Source: Antedon mediterranea
Taxonomy: Eukaryota > Animalia > Echinodermata
Length of the DNA: 64,000 nt
Direction: 5' to 3'
Assembly: GCF_964355755.1 (NCBI RefSeq)
Contig: NC_092678.1
Span: 698,422 to 762,421 of the forward strand
This document shows, piece after piece, positions 24,528-35,900 of this stretch. Under the pieces are notes generated by a model, which saw only the letters and a program-made list of their open reading frames with translations, was not told the origin of the DNA and ran no database searches. The position numbers were made by a program, and so were the translations under genes. Position 1 is the stretch's first letter. Each line of letters begins with the position of its first letter.

Positions 24528-24850
24528 GGATGGAACATTCTAGCACTAAGGTCACTACCACACTAAGTCTATGCTTCCAATACCAAGTCCGCAATCAACC
24601 AAATCTAAACTAAATCCACTATAAAGCTTTTTCTAAAGGAGTTGAATGAATAAACATATACTTCTGTATTGACTCGAGTATAGGCCCACCTCTAATTTTC
24701 AGCCAGGCCATTACATATTGATCTCGGGAATAAGCCCACATACGTAGAAGCTCTACACTAGTTTTATTTTTGTATAATATTGAATGAATTTTGTGTTACA
24801 GTATATTAAAATAAAATAAAAGGTGGTTAAATTTACTTTCTTTTAAAAAG

Positions 24851-25222
24851 AAAACTACACAGTAAAAAGAACTAGAATATGTAAAGCTCTGTCTACACTA
24901 TCAAATTAGAAACTACACAGTAAAAAAAACTAGAATATGTAAAGCTCTGTCTACACTATCAAATTAGAAACTACACAGTAAAAAGAACTAGTTAGAATAT
25001 GTAAAGCTCTGTCTACACTATCAAATTAGAAACTACACAGTAAAAAGAACTAGAATATGTAAAGCTCTGTCTACACTATCAAATTAGAAACTACACAGTA
25101 AAAAGAACTAGAATATGTAAAGCTCTGTCTACACTATCAAATTAGTTTGAAAAAAAATGTGATATGCCAAAATATGGTAGTGGTATTCACAAATATGATA
25201 GTGATGTGACATCATTATGTCT
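24851..25222. repeat. 58-bp tandem repeat, 5 copies, made of flank plus MITE left TIR, followed by the MITE body
   Basis: Unit AAACTACACAGTAAAAAGAACTAGAATATGTAAAGCTCTGTCTACACTATCAAATTAG. The last copy continues into the internal sequence of the AGCTCTGTC MITE. Confidence 0.9.
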
Positions 25223-25428
25223 ATGGGAATCTAAATATTATTCAGTATCTGAATTACCGATAGTTTGATGTGATAACACTTTCCAAAAATGAGGACCAGA
25301 ATTTGTGTTATTTGTACTGTAATGTATTACAAACATATTGTTTATGCTTTAATTTGCTTAATTTGTTTAATAATGCTGTATTTTATTGTTAACCGTTTTT
25401 GATGTTGTATTGTTTTATGTTTCAAACC

Positions 25429-25498
25429 TGTTAGTGGCGGTATTTATCGCTGTTGGTTTTGATTGAATAAAATAAAAATAAAAAATAAAATAAAATAA
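25429..25498 (+). mobile_element. 5'-truncated retroelement 3' tail; a second copy lies at ~32500-32560
   Basis: TGTTAGTGGCGGTAWTTATCGCTGTTGKTTT...GATTG followed by (AATAAA)n occurs at two unrelated sites. Confidence 0.55.
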
Positions 25499-25989
25499 TT
25501 AGTTATCCGCAGCTTGGAGGATAACTCCTTGTGCTTGTCATGTTTCTTTCTTTTTTTTACGATTTTTATTTGTATCACCTCTTCCAATGAATATTTATAC
25601 CACATTTTATATAAGACACCCATGGTATCCATTTTATAATACAAACAACACATATGCAAGTATAGTACATTTTACTTCATTAAATATGGACAGATGACAA
25701 TGACAATTTAATTTAGCAAAATGCCAATATGGTTGAGCATCATTTACCTATTATTATTATTATATTTGTGTGCATATTTTAAGTATAATTAATTTTTAGT
25801 AATATCAATCATGGGGTTGGGTTGCTATGACAATTGTGTAAATCATTTATTTTAGATTTAAATTTGGACAAATGTATATATTATTATTCGACATAAATTA
25901 GGTCCTATTAAAGCCCGGGAATATTTCTCAATACTTAATTCTTTATATGTTTGTTTGTCTGTAAAACAGAGGCTGATATTTAAGTAACG

Positions 25990-26281
25990 GCGTCCTTTCG
26001 TTTCACGACGCACCACGCGACTGGAAGCTGTCGAGTCAAAAAGTTATTCTACGCACGGTCATGACAATGAACAAAATGAGAGTTAAGCTTGGTTTCCACT
26101 AGGACGCAATGTAAGGACGTAAGCGCAATGCAAGCGAGTTGACCAATGACAATCAACTGTTCAAATAATCTTGATTGTGATTGGTCAGATTACTTGCGTT
26201 GCGCTTACGTCATTGCGTAAGAAAAAAATCACTAATCATAGCTGCGTAGTCACGTGGTGCATGGAGAAAACGAAAAGACGC
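25990..26281. mobile_element. MITE with a nested palindromic GCTTGGTT(T/C)CCACTAG-family copy
   Basis: Outer TIRs GCGTCCTTTCGTTTCACGACGCACCACGCGACT / AGTCACGTGGTGCATGGAGAAAACGAAAAGACGC. The inner element spans ~26086-26220. Confidence 0.65.
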
Positions 26282-26511
26282 TAATGTTCTAAAAATTAAT
26301 ACTAAGATATTAATTAATTGGTTTTATGTATGAAAACCAAACATAAGTGTATCGAAAACGATAATATTTGGTCAATACAAAAATGAATAAATCATAATAT
26401 ATTAGACATTTATGTTCGTGTATTTTGTATACTAAAGTGACATTACATGTCAAACAAGATGTACCACGTAGTATCAAAAGAAGAAGAAAAATATCAAAAA
26501 GAAAATGCGAA

Positions 26512-29500
26512 AAACTGGATTACCACAAGCAAGCGCAGCAAAGCCACAAACTGGATTACCACAAGCAAGCGCAGCAAAGCCACAAACTGGATTACCACAA
26601 GCAAGCGCAGCAAAGCCACAAACTGGATTATCACAAGCAAGCGCAGCAAAGCCACAAACTGGATTACCACAAGCAAGCGCAGCAAAGCCACAAACTGGAT
26701 TACCACAAGCAAGCGCAGCAAAGCCACAAACTGGATTACCACAAGCAAGCGCAGCAAAGCCACAAACTGGATTACCACAAGCAAGCGCAGCAAAGCCACA
26801 AACTGGATTACCACAAGCAAGCGCAGCAAAGCCACAAACTGGATTACCACAAGCAAGCGCAGCAAAGCCACAAACTGGATTACCACAAGCAAGCGCAGCA
26901 AAGCCACAAACTGGATTATCACAAGCAAGCGCAGCAAAGCCACAAACTGGATTACCACAAGCAAGCGCAGCAAAGCCACAAACTGGATTACCACAAGCAA
27001 GCGCAGCAAAGCCACAAACTGGATTACCACAAGCAAGCGCAGCAAAGCCACAAACTGGATTATCACAAGCAAGCGCTGCAAAGCCACAAACTGGATTACC
27101 ACAAGCAAGCGCAGCAAAGCCACAAACTGGATTACCACAAGCAAGCGCAGCAAAGCCACAAACTGGATTATCACAAGCAAGCGCTGCAAAGCCACAAACT
27201 GGATTACCACAAGCAAGCGCAGCAAAGCCACAAACTGGATTACCACAAGCATGCGCAGCAAAGCCACAAACTGGATTATCACAAGCAAGCGCTGCAAAGC
27301 CACAAACTGGATTACCACAAGCAAGCGCAGCAAAGCCACAAACTGGATTACCACAAGCAAGCGCAGCAAAGCCACAAACTGGATTATCACAAGCAAGCGC
27401 AGCAAAGCCACAAACTGGATTACCACAAAGCAAGCGCAGCAAAGCCACAAACTGGTTTATCACAAGCAAGCGCTGCAAAGCCACAAACTGGATTACCACA
27501 AAGCAAGCGCAGCAAAGCCACAAACTGGATTATCACAAGCAAGCGCAGCAAAGCCACAAACTGGATTACCACAAGCAAGCGCAGCAAAGCCACAAACTGG
27601 ATTACCACAAGCAAGCGCAGCAAAGCCACAAACTGGATTACCACAAGCAAGCGCAGCAAAGCCACAAACTGGATTACCACAAGCAAGCGCTGCAAAGCCA
27701 CAAACTGGATTATCACAAGCAAGCGCAGCAAAGCCACAAACTGGATTACCACAAGCAAGCGCTGCAAAGCCACAAACTGGATTACCACAAGCAAGCGCAG
27801 CAAAGCCACAAACTAGATTATCACAAGCAAGCGCAGCAAAGCCACAAACTGGATTATTACAAGCAAGCGCTGCAAAGCCACAAACTGGATTATCACAAGC
27901 AAGCGCTGCAAAGCCACAAACTGGATTACCACAAGCAAGCGCAGCAAAGCCACAAACTGGATTACCACAAGCAAGCGCAGCAAAGCCACAAACTGGATTA
28001 CCACAAGCAAGCGCAGCAAAGCCACAAACTGGATTATTACAAGCAAGCGCTGCAAAGCCACAAACTGGATTACCACAAGCAGGCGCAGCAAAGCCACAAA
28101 CTGGATTATCACAAGCAAGCGCAGCAAAGCCACAAACTGGATTATCACAAGCAAGCGCTGCAAAGCCACAAACTGGATTACCACAAGCAAGCGCAGCAAA
28201 GCCGGCCACAAACTGGATTACCACAAGCAAGCGCAGCAAAGCCACAAACTGGATTACCACAAGCAAGCGCAGCAAAGCCACAAACTGGATTACCACAAGC
28301 AAGCGCAGCAAAGCCACAAACTGGATTATCACAAGCAAGCGCTGCAAAGCCACAAACTGGATTACCACAAGCAAGCGCAGCAAAGCCACAAACTGGATTA
28401 CCACAAGCATGCGCAGCAAAGCCACAAACTGGATTATCACAAGCAAGCGCTGCAAAGCCACAAACTGGATTACCACAAGCAAGCGCAGCAAAGCCACAAA
28501 CTGGATTACCACAAGCAAGCGCAGCAAAGCCACAAACTGGATTATCACAAGCAAGCGCTGCAAAGCCACAAACTGGATTACCACAAAGCAAGCGCAGCAA
28601 AGCCACAAACTGGTTTATCACAAGCAAGCGCTGCAAAGCCACAAACTGGATTACCACAAAGCAAGCGCAGCAAAGCCACAAACTGGATTATCACAAGCAA
28701 GCGCAGCAAAGCCACAAACTGGATTACCACAAGCAAGCGCAGCAAAGCCACAAACTGGATTACCACAAGCAAGCGCAGCAAAGCCACAAACTGGATTACC
28801 ACAAGCAAGCGCAGCAAAGCCACAAACTGGATTACCACAAGCAAGCGCAGCAAAGCCACAAACTGGATTACCACAAGCAAGCGCTGCAAAGCCACAAACT
28901 GGATTATCACAAGCAAGCGCTGCAAAGCCACAAACTGGATTACCACAAGCAAGCGCTGCAAAGCCACAAACTGGATTACCACAAGCAAGCGCAGCAAAGC
29001 CACAAACTAGATTATCACAAGCAAGCGCAGCAAAGCCACAAACTGGATTATTACAAGCAAGCGCTGCAAAGCCACAAACTGGATTATCACAAGCAAGCGC
29101 TGCAAAGCCACAAACTGGATTACCACAAGCAAGCGCAGCAAAGCCACAAACTGGATTACCACAAGCAAGCGCAGCAAAGCCACAAACTGGATTACCACAA
29201 GCAAGCGCAGCAAAGCCACAAACTGGATTATCACAAGCAAGCGCTGCAAAGCCACAAACTGGATTACCACAAGCAAGCGCAGCAAAGCCACAAACTGGAT
29301 TATCACAAGCAAGCGCAGCAAAGCCACAAACTGGATTATCACAAGCAAGCGCTGCAAAGCCACAAACTGGATTACCACAAGCAAGCGCAGCAAAGCCACA
29401 AACTGGATTACCACAAGCAAGCGCAGCAAAGCCACAAACTGGATTACCACAAGCAAGCGCAGCAAAGCCACAAACTGGATTACCACAAGCAAGCGCAGCA

Positions 29501-30191
29501 AAGCCACAAACTGGATTACCACAAGCAAGCGCAGCAAAGCCACAAACTGGATTACCACAAGCAAGCGCTGCAAAGCCACAAACTGGATTATCACAAGCAA
29601 GCGCTGCAAAGCCACAAACTGGATTACCACAAGCAAGCGCTGCAAAGCCACAAACTGGATTACCACAAGCAAGCGCAGCAAAGCCACAAACTAGATTATC
29701 ACAAGCAAGCGCAGCAAAGCCACAAACTGGATTATTACAAGCAAGCGCTGCAAAGCCACAAACTGGATTATCACAAGCAAGCGCTGCAAAGCCACAAACT
29801 GGATTACCACAAGCAAGCGCAGCAAAGCCACAAACTGGATTACCACAAGCAAGCGCAGCAAAGCCACAAACTGGATTACCACAAGCAAGCGCAGCAAAGC
29901 CACAAACTGGATTATCACAAGCAAGCGCTGCAAAGCCACAAACTGGATTACCACAAGCAAGCGCAGCAAAGCCACAAACTGGATTATCACAAGCAAGCGC
30001 AGCAAAGCCACAAACTGGATTATCACAAGCAAGCGCTGCAAAGCCACAAACTGGATTACCACAAGCAAGCGCAGCAAAGCCACAAACTGGATTACCACAA
30101 GCAAGCGCAGCAAAGCCACAAACTGGATTACCACAAGCAAGCGCAGCAAAGCCACAAACTGGATTATCACAAGCAAGCGCTGCAAAGCCAA
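26512..30191. repeat. 36-bp satellite array, about 102 copies, with higher-order duplications
   Basis: Unit AAACTGGATTA(C/T)CACAAGCAAGCGC(A/T)GCAAAGCCAC. Diagnostic variants recur at spacings of 1158/1194 bp and 684 bp. Confidence 0.98.
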
Positions 30192-31368
30192 AAATAAAAA
30201 GCTTTGCTTGCTTATGTTCGCATTTTATTGTTTCTTCCTTTGATATACTTTAGTTATGAATTTTGTGTGAAAAATAAAGAATACTCAAAAAGAACATAGA
30301 TAAACCATGGACCTAAATATCGATCGAAAATCGGAGGAAAGAAAAGAATCACGATGTAGTCTGGTACGCAATGTACACAACAAGAAGATGATGATGAAAA
30401 GCGATCACTGACGTATAAAATACAGACGATAAAACTGATAAATATCACCTCCTCCTTCCCCAAATTGTAGGTGATTTACGAGGCATACAATTTTGATTTT
30501 TATATATAAAAATAGAGATCACAATTAATTAACTAGCTAACAAACTAGCTTTGACAAATTTGTATTACGTTAAATAGAGGAAACGTATAACAGGACCTAA
30601 ACACGATCGCACCACAACAAAACAGAAAAAAATCTTAATGTAGTCTATTACGCAATGTACACAAGAAGATTATGATGATCACTGAGTGACGTATGATATA
30701 CAGAAAAACACGTTACACATTTAGCTTAGCATTTGAAATTGAATGACAAATCGTAAACATTCGTTTCTGAAGTAGCATATTAATAAATATTATCCAAAAT
30801 CACTGATAAACAAAAAAAAATAACAAGTAAACTAGGCCTACTTACCTCACACGGACGCACTTCAACGGACTACTGCTACTCAGCTAACTGCTATGACTCA
30901 CTGTTCGCTTCAATTCCCGTACCTGTATGCTAATTGCACGTCACATGGTATTTATGCAAATCAGATAACAATTAGCCGGGCTTTTTAATCGTACACAATC
31001 ACAACAATAGGTCTGTGACAATCGATCTTTCAACAAGTTGTGTTTATGCGTGTGTTCTATTCTGTTTATTGCCGACCGTTTTTGTTTTGTTTCTCCCCTT
31101 ATCTAGATCTCTAAAATACACAAAATTTCGATAATAATGAATAATGTGATCTGACTACAGTTCGAAACGCGTAAATTATTATCGTCACTATTATATTTTA
31201 TAGATAAAATCAGGTCACCATCAGATAACGCAATAATTCCGCATGAATATATTGTTATTAGCCAATAATAGTGGCATTATGAAATCCTATTTTACACGTC
31301 ATTGCTATCACTGTCGTAACAGATAAAAAACGAAGTTTTGAATGAACATTTGCCATTTACAATTCAAA

Positions 31369-31651
31369 TGCTTGGTTCCCACTAAAGACGCAACGCCAGG
31401 ACGTACGCGCAACGCAAGCGAGTTCACTAATGACAAGCCACAGTTCGAATAATCCATCGCTTGTGATTGGTCAAATTAATTACGATTCGTTACATCCACG
31501 TTGCTAGTGGAAACCAAGACTTAGGGACGCAACGCGCAATGACGTAAGCGGGACATAATTGGTTTGACCAATCATAAAGATGGATCCTCCGAACTGTCAC
31601 CCGTGATTGGTCAGGTCAACTCGCGTTGCGTTTCAATGGTAACCACGCTTA
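31369..31651. mobile_element. Two adjacent palindromic MITEs of the GCTTGGTTCCCACTAG family
   Basis: GCTTGGTTCCCACTA...GACGCAACGC...TGACAAGC...GCTTGTGATTGGTCAA...TAGTGGAAACCAAG. The same family occurs at 44558-44718, 45410-45906, 47080-47200 and 56835-57090. Confidence 0.75.
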
Positions 31652-31949
31652 AATACGCGGCACGCACACAAAGCAAAATATTAAACATAGATTAAGATTC
31701 GATCACCAATTAATGTGTTCTCATTAAAACAGATCAATTTATTATTTTAATATTTAATATCTGTAAAAACTGTAAAATGTTTTGGATCTAGCGTATACAA
31801 AAGTCTTTTCATACTTATACTATCAGAGGGAATCGACAAATTATTTCCATAAACAAACATATATTGACAACTTAATGCACAAACCCATATATAGGGATGC
31901 ACAAATGAAAAAGAAACAAAACATGTTGACAAATATTACTATTTTGTTA

Positions 31950-32131
31950 AGGTCTGTCTAAACTATCAAACTTTATTTGACAAAAAAATGTGATGTGCCC
32001 ATATATGGACATGATGATGTCATATCACTACCATATTTGGGCATATTACTACCATATTTGGGCATATTACTACCATATTTGGGCACATCACACTTTTTTT
32101 GTCAAAATAGTTTGATAGTGTAGATAGAGCT
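31950..32131. mobile_element. MITE family AGCTCTGTCTACAC copy
   Basis: AGGTCTGTCTAAACTATCAAACT ... AGTTTGATAGTGTAGATAGAGCT with internal ACTACCATATTTGGGCAT repeats. Confidence 0.85.
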
Positions 32132-32946
32132 TTAGAATAACAATGAACATTTATGATTAACACCAACATAAATTAGAAAACATTTGTTGTTAAAATATAT
32201 TATCCCAGGTCATGTTCACCTTATACATTGAATAATTGCAAAAATACTTGTTTAAAATAATAATAATATACAGCACCCTTATAACAAATACATAATATTA
32301 TATAAAATATATGAGGTATTGTATTAAAATCTATCCACTGTTTCATATATTCCGTTAAAATGTCAAATAGAACCTTTATATACTATAAATATACAGTACT
32401 TTCACACATTAATACACTAAACATAATATAGCATAGTAATACACAACACTCTTATAAAAATCAAGGTGCTTTAAACAATCCTGGCTTTGTTTGTAAACAT
32501 GTTAGTGGCGGTAATTATCGCTGTTGTTTTCGATTGAATAAAATAAAAATAAATAAAAAATTATGTAAAATATATGAGCTATACTGCCATTAAAATCTAT
32601 TCATTATAATATCTATTCTGTTAGAACTACTTATATAAATATACAGTACTGTCTGTAAACATTTTATTTGGCTAAAAATAATGTTTTTAACTCATTACAA
32701 CCTAATCGTTTAAAAATGCTTTTAAAAAGCTTCACAAAAAGTAATTTAAAATAAATGTCTTTAGAATAAAATATCTAAATTAGATAAAGAATACTTTGCA
32801 AATGTTGCACATTAATGTGTATATGATGTAGAGGCATTCATGCCCATATCACATTGAACTAACTTTACCAGCATCATAATACTGTTTCAACATTTTCGTC
32901 ATTGTACTAACTTTACCAGCATCATAAAACTGTTTCAACATTGTCG

Positions 32947-35900
32947 TCATTTTTCATTTTTCTTTTCTTGCATGCATCTAAACCAAATATTTGGTAAAAC
33001 GAGGAAGAAACAGGAGATGAAGAACAAAGCAGACATGATGAAGAACGCAACGTTGTATGAACCAGTTGTGTCATATATCCAGCCTGAAAGACAAATGAAG
33101 CATTATGATGCCCTTTGCTTAGACTATGACTTTCTGTGGCGGATCTAATAGCAGGTCTATGGCAGTCAGAGCCAGCATCACCATGGCAGTCACAGAGAGC
33201 ACCACCATGGCAGTCACAGAGAGCACCACCATGGCAGTCACAGAGAGCACCACCATGGCAGTCACAGAGAGCATCACCATGGCAGTCAGAGACAGCATCA
33301 CCATGGCAGTCAGAGAGAGAGCACCACCATGGCAGTCACAGAGAGAGCACCACCATGGCAGTCAGAGACAGCATCACCATGGCAGTCAGAGAGAGAGCAC
33401 CACCATGGCAGTCAGAGAGAGAGCACCACCATGGCAGTCAGAGAGAGAGCACCACCATGGCAGTCAGAGAGAGAGCACCACCATGGCAGTCACAGAGAGA
33501 GCACCACCATGGCAGTCAGAGACAGCACCACAATGGCAGTCACAGAGAGCATCACCATGGCAGTCACAGAGAGAGCACCACCATGGCAGTCAGAGAGAGA
33601 GCACCACCATGGCAGTCAGAGAGAGAGCACCACCATGGCAGTCAGAGAGAGAGCACCACCATGGCAGTCAGAGAGAGAGCACCACCATGGCAGTCAGAGA
33701 GAGAGCACCACCATGGCAGTCACAGAGAGAGCACCACCATGGCAGCCACAGAGAGCAGCACAAGGACAGTTTCATAGTGAAAAAGGGCTGGCATGCAATA
33801 CACACAAGATGACCTCTAGGCTCTAGTAGTAATAAAACTACTACTTATTTAAGCATTTTGATGCACACGGTGGGATTGAACCAAAGAATGCTTAGTGCCC
33901 AGCTAATGTGCCACATACCTGTAAAGAAGCCGCCGATAATAACCGCAAACGCCGTCGTGAAGAGCATCATTCCAAGAGCCTTTGGGAAGTTATCGATTCC
34001 AACAATCTCACGTGCTGAAAGATACGTAAGCGGCATACACGTTCCACTTGCCAATCCAATGAATAAAATAACCAAGACAACGCTCAAGTAAGATTTACAA
34101 AACGGTAACACGAACGAAGATACACCTGCTATTATCAAAGCAACAACAAATAAGTTTCTTGTTTTTATCCATTTTAATTTAATAGGAATTCCATTCAATA
34201 ATCGTGCTATCATACTTCCTATTCCATATATGATCATCAGAAGCGTAGCTTTTTTTTCAGGGATTCCTTTTTTTATAGCGGATGAAACAAGGTGGTAAAG
34301 AGTCCCATAAAATGCTATGACGATCAAATTACTAACAATTATTAATATCAAAAATAACGGATAAGTAATAGGTAATCTCATATACTCTCTCAATATTTCA
34401 GTTACTGTCTTTTCTTTGTTTATATCCTCATTAGCATCACCATTATCACAGTCTTTTAAAAATTTGTAATTTTCTGTTTTTTCTTCCGAAGGCGTCACTA
34501 TTTTTGACTCAGTTTTAAAAACAATCTGGCTTATGACTGTAGCATGGAAAACAATAGCACCTAACAGTTGCAGAGAGCCTCTCCAACCATATGCAGCCTT
34601 CAGTGTATTGACTAAGAGAGGCAACATTATCCAGCCTAAAGCGGTCCCAGATAGCGTTACGCCATTAGCTATTGAGATATGGCGATCACAAGTCAATCCA
34701 ACAAATGCAATTGTATTAGTGTATACCAGAGCTACTCCAAATCCTAAAGAAGAAAAGTACAATATTGAACAAAATTCAAAATAATATACCTAGTACGTAC
34801 TTATATGTGTAAAACCAACTTGCAAATACTGTTGTGATTCAATACTATATTCTGTGCTTTTTTGTGCACAACAAAAGGAATAAAACAAAAGAAAAATTCC
34901 ACCTGTCAAATATGCAAATTTTTTTAATTGACCTTTTCTGCTCAAAATATTTGTAGAAATAAGTTTTATTTTAAATTTGTAATTAATTTATGACTGTTAG
35001 TGCAATTTCACAGGCCCAGGTGGAAATAAGGAAACTCGTCTTGGCTATCCTTGTGATCAAGTTCTGTTTCTTTGAGCAAATGTTTTTTCTATTTAAGTGG
35101 TATTTCGATATTTATGTACAGTATTTTAATTGAGGGCCTTGATTGCTTAATAAAGAAACTCAAACTTTGAATAAAAACTTATTAATGAGCATCTAGATGG
35201 TGGACACATTAATGAGCATCTAGATGGTGGACACATTAATGAGCATCTAGATGGTGGACACATTAATGAGCATCTAGATGGTGGACACATTAATGAGCAT
35301 CTAGATGGTGGACACATTAATGAGCATCTAGATGGTGGACACATTAATGAGCATCTAGATGGTGGACACATTAATGAGCATCTAGATGGTGGACAAATTA
35401 ATGAGCATCTAGATGGTGGACACATTATTTTGATCATCTTTAAAACATTCGAAATACAAAAAAAAAAATATCAATATCAATATTAATATGATTCGGTATT
35501 TTAAGGCAGTTTGCCTATTTATCAAAAGTCTCAAAATCTTGACTAAAAAGAAAAAAATCAATAATATTAAAAAGAAACAATCTTATAGGATATCCAAGAA
35601 TTTCCTACCAGTGATTATGGAATGAGTAATAAACAGTTGCCAAGCTTCTTTCACTTGTGACGATGCCAGAAATCCACAGCCAATCAAAAGTGTGCCAATC
35701 ATTACAGTTTTTCGATATCCAATTTTACTTGCCATAAATGCACCAAACGGGCCTATGAACAAATGAAGATTAATAATAATATTATTAAATATATAATTTA
35801 GTTCATACAGTATGCATACAACAGCAAGAAGCCTGCCAATTGCAGGATGGATCAACTATAATCTTCATGCATATTCATAAATATTCAATATTCATATTTA

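Noticed and set aside
26425-30253. ORFs of 460-1268 aa on both strands
   Set aside because: They arise from a stop-free 36-bp satellite unit. The frames swap at 1-bp insertions and there is no domain or splice support.
33119-33826. His/Ser/Thr-rich ORFs
   Set aside because: They are translations of an intronic 24-26-bp minisatellite.
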